From an uncultured Acidobacteriota bacterium (GTDB lineage: Bacteria > Acidobacteriota > Thermoanaerobaculia > UBA5066 > Gp7-AA6): a stretch of 64,000 nt of DNA. Position 1 is the first letter of the stretch; each line of letters begins with the position of its first letter. A program made the translations under genes and the position numbers. The stretch lies in contig CAVZNW010000002.1 of NCBI GenBank assembly GCA_963776755.1, positions 1,315,741 to 1,379,740 on the forward strand. The letters run 5' to 3'. Of the stretch, positions 43,045-53,941 are shown piece by piece. Under the pieces are notes generated by a model. That model saw nothing but the letters and a program-made list of their open reading frames with translations, had not been told where the DNA came from and searched no databases.

Positions 43045-43050
43045 TAGACT
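43045..43050 (+). promoter_or_regulatory. -10-like TAGACT 7 nt upstream of the cytochrome c GTG
   Basis: ctgcgcTAGACTcccgcgcGTGcgc. Confidence 0.3.
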
Positions 43051-43057
43051 CCCGCGC

Positions 43058-43457
43058 GTGCGCACGCGGAGCCTCCTGGTGGCGATGCTGGCCGGCCTCG
43101 CGGCGGCCTGCAACAACGCGCCGCTCCCCGACGGGCGCACGCGCCGACCGCGACGAGGCCGCCGGCCGCCGGATCTACGAGCGCAAGTGCGCGTCGTGCC
43201 ACGCCGCCAACGGCGACGGGAAGACGATCGTGGCCGGCCACTTTCCGAATGCGAACCTCATCGACGGGCTGTGGCGCTCCGACGGCTCCGCGGCTTCGAT
43301 CGAGAAGCAGATCCGCGAAGGCCACGATCCGATGCCGAAATTCGAGGGTAAACTGACCGACGAGGAGATCCGCCAGACGGTGGCCTACGTGCTCGCGCTC
43401 TCCAGGACCGCGGCCCCGCACGGCGGACGGCCCGCGGCGCCGGCCAACCGCCCATGA
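43058..43457 (+). CDS. Monohaem c-type cytochrome (lipoprotein-like signal)
   Basis: [20 protein letters not shown]; [20 protein letters not shown] (CxxCH); [25 protein letters not shown]. Confidence 0.8.
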
Positions 43458-44099
43458 GACGCATCCCGATCTTCCCGCTGCCCGGCGTCGTGCTGATGCC
43501 GGGCACCATGCTCCCGCTGCACATTTTCGAGCCGCGGTACCGGGCCCTGGTGGCCGACGCGCTCGCCGGCGACCGGACGATCGGCATGACGATGCTCTAC
43601 CCCGGCTGGGAGTCCGCCAACGCGGGCGAGGATCCCCGCATCTACGCCGTCGGCGGGGCCGGCGAGATCGTCGAGTCGGAGGAGCTCGAGGACGGCCGGT
43701 ACAACATCCTGCTCGAAGGCCGCTTCCGCTACCGCGTGTCGACGAAGCCGCCGCCGGCCCCTATCGCGTCGCCCGGGTCGCGGAGATCCGCTCCGTGCCC
43801 TTCGCCGACCCGGCCGAGGAAGACGCGCGTGACGCAGGCGGCGGCGGCGCTCTTCGGCGACATGGCGCGCGAGCTGGAGCTTCCGCCTCTGCCGGCGGAG
43901 ACGCTCTCGCCCGAGCGCCTCGCGTCGGAGATCGCCCTGCGCCTGCGCTACTGCGCCGGCCGAGCTCCAGGCGATTCTCGAGACCGACTCGGTCGCCTCG
44001 CGCTTCGAGACCCTGGCGGGGCGGATGCTCGAGTGGAAGGGCCGCCTCCAGTTCCTCGCGCCGTTCCGGCCGTCCGAGCTGGATCCCCGGCGGAACTGA
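43454..44099 (+). CDS. LON substrate-binding (LON_N) domain protein
   Basis: [84 protein letters not shown]; tail [24 protein letters not shown]. The ATG overlaps the cytochrome c stop. Confidence 0.8.
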
Positions 44100-44103
44100 C
44101 CCG

Positions 44104-44558
44104 TCAGCGCTTTCGCGTCGAGACCGCGTCGAGGAACGTCGGCTCGAATCCGACCACTCTCCAGCCCGCCGCCGTCTTCCGCATCGTGACGACGTGGCGA
44201 ACGTCGCCGCCATGGAACCGCCGATTCCGGTCGTCATTCCCGGCGGGTCGAAGGCCACGATCTGGTGCATCGTCAGGACCTCCGCCCCGCCCGGCCCTTT
44301 CGCGCGGGCCTCGAGCGAGGAGCGCGAGCCGCGCAGCGCCTCCATCGGCGCCCGGCAGACGCCCCGGAGGATGTGGGACTCGACCGCTCGTCTTCGCGTC
44401 TTCGCCCTCGGTCATCGCTGCCGCCGCCGGCGTGTCCTCCGCGCCCCAGGCCGCCAGCGAAGCCGCTGGAAGGCGCGCACCGGGGCGTTGACGACGGCGT
44501 AGCGGTAGGCGAAGAAGGCGCCGCCGGTCAGCAGCGCGAGGAGGAAGGCCTTCTTCAA
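44104..44558 (-). CDS. Hypothetical membrane-anchored small protein
   Basis: TTG start 44558: LKKAFLLALLTGGAFFAYRYAVVNAPVRAFQR (TM anchor) ... HVVTMRKTAAGWRVVGFEPTFLDAVSTRKR* (ORF 44104..44415). I recognise no family. It lies 10 nt downstream of the AAA+ gene. Confidence 0.4.
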
Positions 44559-44568
44559 GGCGCTCCGG

Positions 44569-46036
44569 TCAGTTCTGGGAGGCGTTCAGCGCCCGCTCGT
44601 GGGCCCAGCTGCGGATCTGCCTTGATCTGCTCTTCCATCGTCACCGCGAGCGGAACGGTGGCCGAGATCATCCGGTACATGTCGTCCTCGGTGAGCGCGC
44701 GGTTCTCGGCGTAGGCGTCGACGACCGCGGAGACGACCGCCTGCTCGATCTCGGCGCCGTTCCAGCCGTTGGTGGCCTTGGCGAGGAAGACGAGGTCGAA
44801 GCGCCCGACGTCGCACTTGGTCTTCTTCAGGTGGATCGCGAAGATCTGCTTGCGCTCCTCCTCGTTCGGCAGGTCCACGAAGAAGACCTGGTCGAAGCGA
44901 CCCTTACGGATGATCTCGGCCGGCAGCAGGTGGATCCGGTTGGCCGTCGCGGCGACGAAGACGAGCGCGCTACTTCTCCTGCATCCAGGTCAGGAACCCC
45001 GAGAAGATGCGCGACATCGAGGCGTCCTGGCCCTCGCGGTAGCCGCCGACCCCCATCTCGATCTCGTCGATCCAGAGCACGGCCGGCGAGACGGACTCGA
45101 CCGCGCGCAGCGCCCGCAGGAAGGTCGACTCCGGGTTGTCCGTGCCGAAGACGGCGTTCATGTCGAGGCGAAAGAGCGGCAGGTTCCAGAGCGTCGAGAT
45201 CGTCTTGACGCAGAGGCTCTTGCCGCAGCCCGAGATCCCCATCAGGAGGATCCCCTTGGGGATCGGGATCCCGGCGTCGAGGGCGTCGCTTCGAGAACAG
45301 CGCCTGGCGCTTCATGAGCCAGGCCTTGAGCACCGCGTAGCCCGCCGATGTCCTCGAGCGAGAAGCGCGGCGGCACGAACTCGAGAACGCCCTCCTTGCG
45401 GGACATCTGCTCCTTCTCGGCGAGGACCTCGAGAATAGGCGGCGTCGTCGAACGTCTTGCGCGACGAGAACATCTTGGAGACGACGTGCCCGATCTCGTC
45501 GGCCGTCAGGCCCCGCATCGCGAGCGCCGAGCCGGCGCATCGTACGGCCTCGTCGATCTCGACCGACAGCCGGCGCCGCAGGTGGCCCGTCGAGGAGCTT
45601 CGCGATCTCGTTGTCGTCGGGCAGCTCGTACTCGACGACGTAGATCTCCTTCTTCGCCTCCTCGGGGATCGCCAGGCGCGGCGAGACGATCAGCACGTGG
45701 CGACCGCGGTCCTTGAGCGCCCGGTAGAGGTCGCGCATCCGCCGCACGATCTCCGGCCGTCCGTCGCCGCCGGTGGGAAAGTCCTTCAGGAGGTAGAAGC
45801 CCTTGCCCGCGGCGCGAGGATCGCCTCGAGCGCCTTGAGCGGGGTCCTGCGTCTCCGGGCACGGGCGCGCCGTCCACGACGAGCCCTTCGACGACGGACC
45901 AGATGCCGTAGGGGCACGGCGCTCCGTAGAAGGTCTTGGCGAGGTGCTGCGCGAGCCGCTCGACCCGCGACTCCTCCCACGTCAGGACGTAGAGGAGCGG
46001 ATGGCCGCCGAGCAGCGCCTTGCGAATCCGGTCCAT
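44569..46036 (-). CDS. AAA+ family ATPase (single AAA module with ~200-aa N-terminal domain)
   Basis: MDRIRKALLGGHPLLYVLTWEESRVERLAQHLAKTFYG; GFYLLKDFP; RHVLIVSPRLAIPEEAKKEIYVVEYELPDDNEIAKLL; LLMGISGCGKSLCVKTISTLWNLPLFRLDM (Walker A); PAVLWIDEIE (Walker B); FVAATANRIHLLPAEIIRKGRFDQVFFVDLPNEEERKQIFAIHLKK. Confidence 0.8.
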
Positions 46037-46090
46037 CGCCGTTCGGGGCGCGCGATCGGAGTCGTCGTGACGGCGGTGCTCATCGTCGGG

Positions 46091-46127
46091 ATTGTAACGC
46101 GCCTTGCGCCGGCGGGCCGGTTACAAT
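46091..46127. promoter_or_regulatory. Perfect 8-bp inverted repeat ATTGTAAC-N21-GTTACAAT in the AAA+/pentapeptide divergent gap; each arm contains TACAAT on the strand of the gene it faces
   Basis: ATTGTAAC 46091-46098; GTTACAAT 46120-46127. TACAAT (46122-46127) lies 8 nt before ATG 46136. Confidence 0.5.
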
Positions 46128-46135
46128 GACCGCAC

Positions 46136-47586
46136 ATGGCCAATCCCGAGCACTGCGAAGCTTCTCGCAGTCGCCCGGACTGGAACGACTGGCGCGTCGA
46201 AGAACGCGAACGTCACACCGGACCTGACCGGGGCGGACCTGGCCGGGATGGACCTGTCCGGCAAGGACCTCAAGCGCTCGGACCTGACGCGCGCCGACCT
46301 GTCGCGAGTCGACCCTCGCCGGCACCGACTTCACCCGCGCGACGCTGCGCCACGCGAGCTGGGCGGGCGCGCAGGCGCCGGCGCCATCTTCGAGCACTGC
46401 GACGCTCGATTTCCTCGACTTCACCAAGGTGTTCTTCGCGGGCGCGCGGTTCCGCTCGGCCTCGCTCCAGAGCTGCACGCTCGTCGGGGACCGACCTGGC
46501 CGGCGCGGACCTCTCGTTCACCCGCCTCGAGGGCGCGGACCTCTCCAACGCCAACCTCGCGGGCGCGATCCTGCGCGACGTCAACTTCCGCGGCGTCAAG
46601 CTCGCCGGCGCCCACTTCGACGGCGCCGACCTCTCGCGAGCCGTCTTCGAAGGCGTCTCGGCGGTGCGCGGCTCCTTCCCCAACGCCAACTTCACGGGCG
46701 CCAACCTGAAGACGGCCGACCTGACCGGCGCGGACCTGCGCCGGGCGAAGTTCGCCGGGAGCGATCCTCCGCCAGGCCGCCTGAACGCCTGCCGACTGCG
46801 AGCGCGCCGAGTTCACCGACGCGGACATGGAGCTCGTCGTCGGCGGTCGAAGCGAACTTCACCGTCGGCCGGGTTCGACCGGGCCAAGGTCCGCAAGGCC
46901 GACCTGCGTCGCGCCGTCTTCCTCGACGCCGGCGGCGCCGACGTCAGCTTCGCGGATGCGAAGCTGACGGAGGTCGACCTGCGCTCGGCGCGGTTCGAGA
47001 AGGCGAACTTCCAGAACGCGGACCTCTCGAAGGCCATCCTGCGGCGGGCGAACCTCAAGCCCTACACCTTCGTCGGCGCCTCGTTCTCCGGCGCGGACCT
47101 CGGCGAGGTGCAGGCCGAGGGCGTGAACTTCTCGCGCGCGGACCTCTCGCTCGGCAGCTTCCGGCAGGCCAACCTGAAGCGGGCCGACTTCTCCGGAAGC
47201 CGCGGGTTCGACGCGGACCTGTCGGGCTCGCTCCTGATCGGCGCCAACTTCAAGGGCGCGAGCCTCCAGGACGCCGACTTCCGCTTCGCGCGGGCGATCG
47301 GCGCCAACTTCACGCGGCGCGGACCTGAAGGGCGCGGACCTGGCCAACTCCGACTTCTCCGAGGCCGTCTTCAAGAGAGACGAAGTTCTGGGGCGCGACG
47401 GCGCGCCGCGCCAAGCCTCCCAAGGGCCAGGGCCTGCTCTTCTCGCTCTCGACCATCGTTCTCGAAGGCCAGGGAGAAGAAGGACGAAGGCCGTCGGACG
47501 ACAAGGAAGCCAAGCGCCAGAGGCGGATCGCCGAGCTCGAGGCGGAGGCCTCGAAGAAGGCCCCGCACCTGACCGGGAAACGGTAG
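46136..47586 (+). CDS. Pentapeptide-repeat protein (~480 aa) with Lys/Glu-rich C-terminal tail
   Basis: Dozens of A(D/N)LxG-type pentapeptides: GADLAGMDLSGKDLKRSDLTRADLS, TDLAGADLSFTRLEGADLSNANLAGAILRDVNFRGVKLAGAHFDGADLSRAVFEG, ANFTGANLKTADLTGADLRRAKFAG, ADLSKAILRRANL, ADLSLGSFRQANLKRADFSG. Tail KRQRRIAELEAEASKKAPHLTGKR* (TAG 47584-47586). Confidence 0.85.
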
Positions 47587-47600
47587 GCCGGGACCCGGCC

Positions 47601-48969
47601 CTACGGCTTCTTCGTCGGAGCCGGCGTGGGAGGCGCCAGGGCCTTCGCGAACGCCGCGTCGAGCCTTGCCCGCGACGGCGCCGTCGACCACGAACCCGCC
47701 GGGCCGCGGCGGAGACGGTCGCGACGACGTCTCCCGGCCGCGGGTGCAGCGCGATCGTCCAGGCCGGACCGGTCTTCGTCCGGACGATCAGAGTCGCGGT
47801 CGGAGGCGGCAGCGCCTTCGACCGCGGCCTCGTCCACGAACGCCTGGCTCTTGAGTCGAGGAGATCGCGTTCAGCACGTCGTCGGCGGCCGAGGCGAGCA
47901 CGGGGCGGCCTCCGTCCGACCAGCCGCCGTTCTTCTGCTTGAGCGCGTGCGTGTCCTTGTCGAAGGCGGCCTCGACGGCCGTCGACGTCGCCCCGGTTGA
48001 ACGACACGAGGGCCGTCGAACGGAACGCCTCGGCCTCCTTGGAGAGCTCGTCCACGATGTCCCGGTCGACCGTCAGGACCTGGCCGTCGCGCCGGGCATA
48101 GACCGAGTTGCCGTCCGAACGCGTCGCGCCGAAATCGACGGCCGTGACGACCCCCTTCTCCCCCGTGAGCGCTGACCCGATAGAGCGGCGGGCCGAGAGC
48201 CGAGCGCGGCGAGGTCTTCTCGCCGAGCGCACGAACTCCTTCGCCCGCAGCCCCGTCAGCTGTCCGACGAGCCGGTCGACCTCCGCCGTGTCGGCGAGGT
48301 CCGCAACGGGCTCGGAGAGCCACCAGGCGCCGTCGCGCCGGGCGAGCACGAGGCGGCCGCGGCCCCGCAGGATCTCGACGCGCGCTGACGTCCGGAGGTG
48401 GAGCCGCCGAAGACGTCGCGGCTCGCGGAAGTCGTCCACGGTCTTGCGGACCGCCGCCAGCGCCGACGACGGGACGAAGAGGACCTTCGATTGCCCCTCG
48501 ACGCGCGCCGCGGCGATGTCGGTGCCCGGCACGTCGACGCCGAACTCGATCGTCCGCGTCTTGACGATCTTCGGTTCGTCCGCGTCCTCCAGACGAGCGT
48601 CGGCGGCGGCGACCGGCTTCTCGAGCCCGTAGTCGGCGGGCTTCGCGTCGGACGACGTCGACCGCACGCGCGCTTCAGGTCCGCGAGCTCCGCCCGCGGC
48701 GGCGTTCCGACGGCAAACGGGTCGGCCGGGTACTCGTCGGGCTTGATCATTTTCCAGCGCGTCGCCTCGCGTCCGCTCGAACTCGAGCGTCTCCCCGCCC
48801 CGGGTGAGCGCGAGGCGCGTGAGGCGCTCCTCCGGGAGGTCCCAGTAGAGGTCGCCCTTGCGCTGCTCTCTCCTCGGTCGACGGCATCTTCCGCTCGAAG
48901 AGGAAGATGAACGCGAAGAGGGCCGACGACGACGGCCGTCGAGGACGAGGAGCTTCTTCGGGCCGACAC
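47601..48969 (-). CDS. DUF4340 domain protein (GldG-operon associated)
   Basis: TM anchor LLVL.AVVVGLFAFIFLFERKMPSTEE; KPADYGLEKPVA; IEFGVDVPGTDIAAARVEGQSKVLFVPSSALAAVRKTVDDFRE; GAWWLSEPVADLADTAEVDRLVGQLTGLRAKEFV; NSVYARRDGQVLTVDRDIVDELSKEAEAFRS. Confidence 0.7.
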
Positions 48970-48976
48970 GGAGCGA

Positions 48977-50466
48977 TCAGTCGCGGCGCCGGTACCAGAC
49001 CCAGAGGCCGAGCAGGATCGCGAGGCCCGGAAGACCCGCCATCGCGACGAGCCGATCCGACGCGACCTGGGCGTCGGTCAGCGAGAGCGACGCCTGCTCC
49101 GGCGTCTTCGGCGCGATGCCGATCTGCTTTTCGCTGCCGGTCGAGCCAGTGAATGCGCGTTGGCCAGGAGGATGCCGTTGCCGCCGTTGGCGATCGACCC
49201 GTTCGCCGGCGAAGCGCGAGTTGCCGATCACGACGAGGCGCGCCGCCGGCCCGCCCACCTTCTTCTCGTCGGCGGGCCCGGCGGCCGACCGCGATCGAGA
49301 CCGGGCCGGGCGTGTCGCCGGGTCCTTCTGGATCGCGCCGTTGCCCTCGGCGAGGGCCTTCAGGTTCGTCTCGCCCCAGCCGTCCGCCGAGGTCTCGACG
49401 AGCATCGTCTCGGCGACGCCCTCCGGCGGCTTCTCCGCCTTCGTGACGGACCGCGCGAGGGGAAGGACGACCGGCAGCTGCTCCGCCGAGAGCGAGCGCA
49501 CGATCGGGCTGCGTGCCGTAGCGGTTGGCGAGCAGCGTCTCGGCGCCGACCATCGGCAGCGCGTTCGACGGGTCGACGACGATGTCGTTGCCGAGCTTGA
49601 TCCCGTACTGGCCGAGCAACGCCGCCGAGGCCGAGGTCCGGCGGCGGCGAGCCGGGCCCGGGAAGGACCGGATCGAGCATCAGGAGCGCATGGCCGCCGC
49701 CCGCCAGGTATTTCTCGAGCGCTCCGGCCTCCGGCGCGAGGAAGGCGGTCCGCGGCCCGGCCACGACGACGACGTCGCGTCCCGGCGGGCAGGTCGTCCT
49801 TGCCGAGCGACGTCCCAGGTCGCGACCGTCATGTTGTCGCGCTCGAGGATCTGCTTGGCCTCCGCGAAGCCGCGCGTCCGCTCGCTCGGCTCGAGTGACG
49901 GCCTCGCCGTGGCCCTTCGAGAAGTAGATCTTCGGCTGCTTCTCCTCGGTGACGGCCAGGATCGCGGAGGTGAACGCCTCCTCGCCCTTGAACGCCTTGA
50001 TCGTCGGCGCCTCCGCCCATCTGGGCGCCGGCGTAGTCGAAGTCGGCGAGCTTGTCCTCCTCGACGTACTTCTTGCGGTCGCCGGATCGGAAGACGACCG
50101 TGTTCTGGCGGACGCCCGAACTCCTTCGACGAGCGCCTCGGCGCGCGCCGGATTGCGCTGTGGGGTCGAGGTACTCGACCTCGATCTTCGGAGGCGCGCC
50201 TGGTAGCGCGACAGCAGCTCGCTTGACCTCGGGCAGGTAGAGCGCGAGCGCGCCGGCGTCATGAAGACCGTGACGCTGCACGGGCTGCTTCAGGCCCGTC
50301 GACGATCTTCTTCGTCGTGCTCCGACAGCGAGTAGATGCTGCGTCTGGGTCCAGTCGAAGCGCTTCCAGTGGCGGAGCGCGAGGTAGTTGACGCCGACGA
50401 GGATCGCCGCCGCGAGAACGACTGCCGATCGCGGAGGTCCCGAGCGCGCGTCGCGCGGGCGCTCAC
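48977..50466 (-). CDS. GldG-family ABC-transporter auxiliary protein
   Basis: NYLALRHWKRFDWTQ; IEVEYLDP..NTVVFRSGDRKKYVEEDKLADFDY; IKAFKGEEAFTSAILAVTEEKQPKIYFSKGHGE; DVVVVAGPRTAFLAPEAGALEKYLAGGGHALLMLDPV; LLGQYGIKLGNDIVVDPSN; ARLVVIGNSRFA; C-terminal TM AGLPGLAILLGLWVWYRRRD*. Confidence 0.8.
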
Positions 50467-51210
50467 GGCGTCTCCTTCTTCGCGGCGAGCACGGTCACCG
50501 GCGTCAGGAGCAGGAAGAAGACGGTGCCCGACAGGTAGTACACGAGCCGGCGCGTGTCGACGACGCCGCGGGCGAACTCGTCCATGTGGTCCCAGATGTT
50601 GAGGTAGCCGATGAGGCTCTGCCGCGCCGGGTCGGCGTCGCGGACTCGAAGAGGCCGACCGAGAAGACCGGGATCAGCATCGCGAACGCGAGGATCGCCG
50701 CGACGATCTGGTTCTTCGTGAGCGTCGAGGCGAACGTGCCGATCGCCAGGAAGTACGCGCCGAGCAGCGCGATCCGCGAGGTAGCCGAGGCGACCGAGCC
50801 GAGGTCGACGCGGTCTTCGACCGCAGGATCGAGCACGAAGAGCGAGGCTCGGCAGCCAGAGCATGAGGAAGAACCCGAGCGCGCCGAGGAACTTGCCGAG
50901 CGACGACGGTCCCCTCGGAGACGGGCGAGGTCAGGAGCATCTCGAGCGTGCCGGAGCGCCGCTCCTCGGCGAGCAGCCGCATCGTGAGGATCGGCACGAT
51001 GAAGAGCGTGAAGATCCAGAAGTAGCGTGTTCGTGAAGAGGAGCGACAGGAATCGCTCGCGCGGGGCGCCGGGGCGCGTGAGGAACGCTCACGATGCGCG
51101 AGAAGATCAGCCCGTTCAGGAGACATGTAGGCCGTCAGGATCACGTAGGCGAGCGGCGACAAGAAGTACGCCCGCCACTCCCGGCCGACGATCGCGAAGA
51201 GCTTCCTCAC
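50463..51210 (-). CDS. ABC-2 type transporter permease (GldF-like)
   Basis: [29 protein letters not shown]; FTLFIVPILTMRLLAEERRSGTLEMLLTSPVSEG; LLGAYFLAIGTFASTLTKNQIVAAILAFAMLIPVFSVGLFE; YLNIWDHMDEFARGVVDTRRLVYYLSGTVFFLLLT. Confidence 0.8.
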
Positions 51211-52219
51211 GACGGCGGCGCTCCGCTCTCGGACTCCGGCGGCCCCGGCGCCGCCGCGGCCTCGGGCGCCTCGGGCGCGGCTTCGTCGTGCCGGGTCAGA
51301 CGCACGAAGACGTCCTCGAGCGACAGCGCCTCGCGCGGCGAGCTCGCGCAGGACCCAGCCGCTCTCGACGGCGAGCCGGAAGACGTCCTCGCGCGGGTCG
51401 CGTCCCTGCAGCGCAGGTCAGGCGCGCGCGGTCGTCTCGCCGGGCGGTCCTCCGACGCTCGACCGCGGTGACGCCCGGCAGCGCCGCCAGCGCCTCGCGC
51501 GCCGCGACCGCGCCCCGGAACGACGACCCGAACCACGGGCGCTGCCGGCGAGCTTGCGCGCGCAGCTCCGACGGCGTGCCCTCGGCGACGATCCGGCCGC
51601 GGTCGATGATGAGCACGCGGTCGCAGACGGCCTCGACCTCCGGAAGGATGTGCGTCGAGAGGAGCACCGCGCGGTCTCGCCCGAGCTCGCGGATCGTCTC
51701 GCGGATCTTGATGATCTGCACGGGGTCGAGCCCGATCGTCGGCTCGTCGAGGATCAGGACGCGGGGCTGGTGCACGAGCGCCCCGGCGAGCGCGGTGCGC
51801 TGGCGAAATCCCTTCGAGAGGTTCTCGATCCGGCGCCGCGCGACCTCGCCGAGGAGGCAGCGATCGATCGCCTCCGCCACGCGGGCCCGCACCTGCGCAC
51901 CCGGCACGCCCTCGAGGCGCGCGCGAAACGCGAGGTACTCGGAGACGCGCATCTCCGGGTAGGTCGCCGCGGACTCCGGGCAGGTACCCGAGCGCCGCGC
52001 GCGCGGCCGTGGACTGCGGTCACGACGTCGTGGCCCGCGACGCGCGCCGAGCCGGAGGTCGGCGGCAGGAAGCCGGTCAGGACCCGCATCGTCGTGGTCT
52101 TCCCGGCGCCGTTCGGGCCGAGGAAGCCGACGATCTCGCCCTGCTTGACGGAGAACGTCACGTCGTCCACGGCGAGCCGGGTCGGATAGCGTTTCGTGAG
52201 GTCCTTGAACTTCGATCAT
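51207..52219 (-). CDS. ABC transporter ATP-binding protein (GldA-like)
   Basis: [51 protein letters not shown]; [19 protein letters not shown]; [81 protein letters not shown]. Confidence 0.9.
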
Positions 52220-52294
52220 GCGAAAGCTCGGGGAACCGCGTTAAGGAATCGCGGAAGGATAATCCATATTCCCGAAAAGAAGACCTTCCTCGCG

Positions 52295-52300
52295 TATCAT
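52295..52300 (+). promoter_or_regulatory. -10-like TATCAT 7 nt upstream of GTG 52308
   Basis: cgcgTATCATttccgccGTGatc, in an AT-rich divergent gap (52220-52307). Confidence 0.35.
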
Positions 52301-52307
52301 TTCCGCC

Positions 52308-53240
52308 GTGATCGCCGTCGAGCACGTGTCGAAGACGTACGGCCGCTTCGGCCGAAGCGGACGCGGGCCCTCGACGGCGTCTCGCTCGAGGTCCGGCGGG
52401 GCGAGACGCTCGGCCTGATCGGCCCCAACGGCGCGGGGAAGACGACGCTGCTCTCCTGCCTTCTCGGCTTCCTGCGGCCCGACCCGGGCACGCATCACGG
52501 ATCGACGGCCGCGCAGGTCGACGACCTGGCGATCCGGGCGCGGACCGGCTACATGCCGGAGCGCCTCGGGTTCGACCGCGACCTGACGGGCGCGAGCTTC
52601 CTCGCGTTTCACTGGCGGCTCTCCGGCGGCGACACCGCCGCGGACGGAAGCCGAGGTCCGCGGCGGCCGCCGAGCGGGTCGGCCTCGAGCCGGCGGCCCT
52701 GTCGCGCAGAAGCTCCGTACGTACTCGCGCGGCATGCTGCAGCGCATCGGCGTCGCCCAGGCCACGCTCGGGAGCCCGGACCTCCTCTTTCTCGACGAGC
52801 CCGCCTCCGGCACCGATCCGCTCGGCGTCGTCGATCGGTCCGCGACCAGATCCTCGCGGCGAAGGCGCGCGGCGCCACGATCGTCCTCAACTCCCACCAG
52901 CTCGCCGAGGTCGAGCGCGTCTGCGACCGCGTCGTCTTCATCGACCACGGCCGGCTGACGCGCTCCGAGACGCTGCGGGGCGAGGCGGCCTCGCGGCGCC
53001 GCGCCACGATCCGCGTCGACGCCGCGCGGACGCGGCCCGAGGCGCGCGGCAGTGCTGGACGCGCCGGCATCGCCGCCGAGGCGGGTCCCGACGGCGTGCT
53101 CCGCCTGGCCGACGCCGCGACCGGCGGAGCGTCGCGCGGGCCGTCAAGGCCCTCGCGCTCGCCGACGTCGCCGTCCTCGAGGTCCGCTCCTCCGCCGAGC
53201 TCGAGGAGCTCTTTCGACGCAGGCTCGGGCGCCGTCGTGA
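52308..53240 (+). CDS. ABC transporter ATP-binding protein (second system)
   Basis: VIAVEHVSKTYG; [39 protein letters not shown]; YSRGMLQRIGVAQATLGSPDLLFLDEPASGTDPLGV; ATIVLNSHQLAEVERVCDRVVFIDHGRL. Confidence 0.85.
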
Positions 53241-53941
53241 ACGAGATGATCGCGCCGCTTCCTGCGCCAGAAGTCTCGCAGCGGCTGGACGCTGGCGATC
53301 CTCGCGCGTTGTTCGCCGCTCGCCTCGGCGTTCCCGATCGTCGCGACCGGCGGCGACGGGCCGGCGGAGGCACCGCCCTCATCGTCCTCTTCGTCCTCGC
53401 GGCGGCCTCGGTCTCGCGGGACGCGTCGAGCGGCGCCCTCCAGATGATCCTCGCCCGCCCGATCCGGCGCACGCGACTACCTCTTCGGCCGCTACCTCGG
53501 GATCCTCTGCGCGTTCGCCGCCTTCCTGGTCGTCTGCCGCGCTGCTCGCGGTGGTGGTCAAGGCCGCCGCCCACGTTCCCGGGCCTCCGCTCGACCCGGC
53601 CCGGATGGCGGCCAATCTCGGCTACGGGACCGCTGCTGGGCGGCCCAGACGGCGGCGATGCTCCTGTTCTTCTCGACGTTCCTGCCGGGCTATGGCGACG
53701 TGCTCGCGGTCGCCGGCCTCGCAGATCGCTGTTCTCGCTGCAGACCAACGTGGCCGGATTCCAGGAAGCCGTCGCGGCCGCGCGGCGCCAGATCCTCTCG
53801 CCGGTCCAATGGGAGCGCGTCTTCCAGGGAGAGCCCGCCGCGCTGGCCAGCGCCGGGCGGGGCGTTTTCGCCGCGGTGGTCTTTCTGGCCGCGGCGGCGG
53901 TCATCTTTTCCCGGAAGGAGTTCGCGTATGGACAGGACTGA
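53237..53941 (+). CDS. ABC-2-like integral membrane protein
   Basis: MIAPL.RQKSRSGWTLAILA; LIVLFVLAAASVSRDASSGALQMILARPIRR; YLFGRYLGILCAFAAFLV; AAMLLFFSTFLPGYGDVLAV; GVFAAVVFLAAAAVIFSRKEFAYGQD*. Confidence 0.6.
   Translation: MNEMIAPLPAPEVSQRLDAGDPRALFAARLGVPDRRDRRRRAGGGTALIVLFVLAAASVSRDASSGALQMILARPIRRTRLPLRPLPRDPLRVRRLPGRLPRCSRWWSRPPPTFPGLRSTRPGWRPISATGPLLGGPDGGDAPVLLDVPAGLWRRARGRRPRRSLFSLQTNVAGFQEAVAAARRQILSPVQWERVFQGEPAALASAGRGVFAAVVFLAAAAVIFSRKEFAYGQD

Noticed and set aside
46200-47330. 15-nt periodic DNA that at first looked like a tandem repeat or CRISPR-like array
   Set aside because: The units are not separated by unique spacers and they translate into A(D/N)LxG pentapeptide repeats, so this is coding periodicity. 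I saw no CRISPR repeats or cas genes anywhere in the window.
47586-47600. Hairpin GGCCGGG-a-CCCGGCC between the convergent pentapeptide and DUF4340 genes, considered as a bidirectional terminator
   Set aside because: The loop is too tight (1-3 nt), the stem is short, and there is no U-tract on either strand. I cannot support it as an intrinsic terminator.
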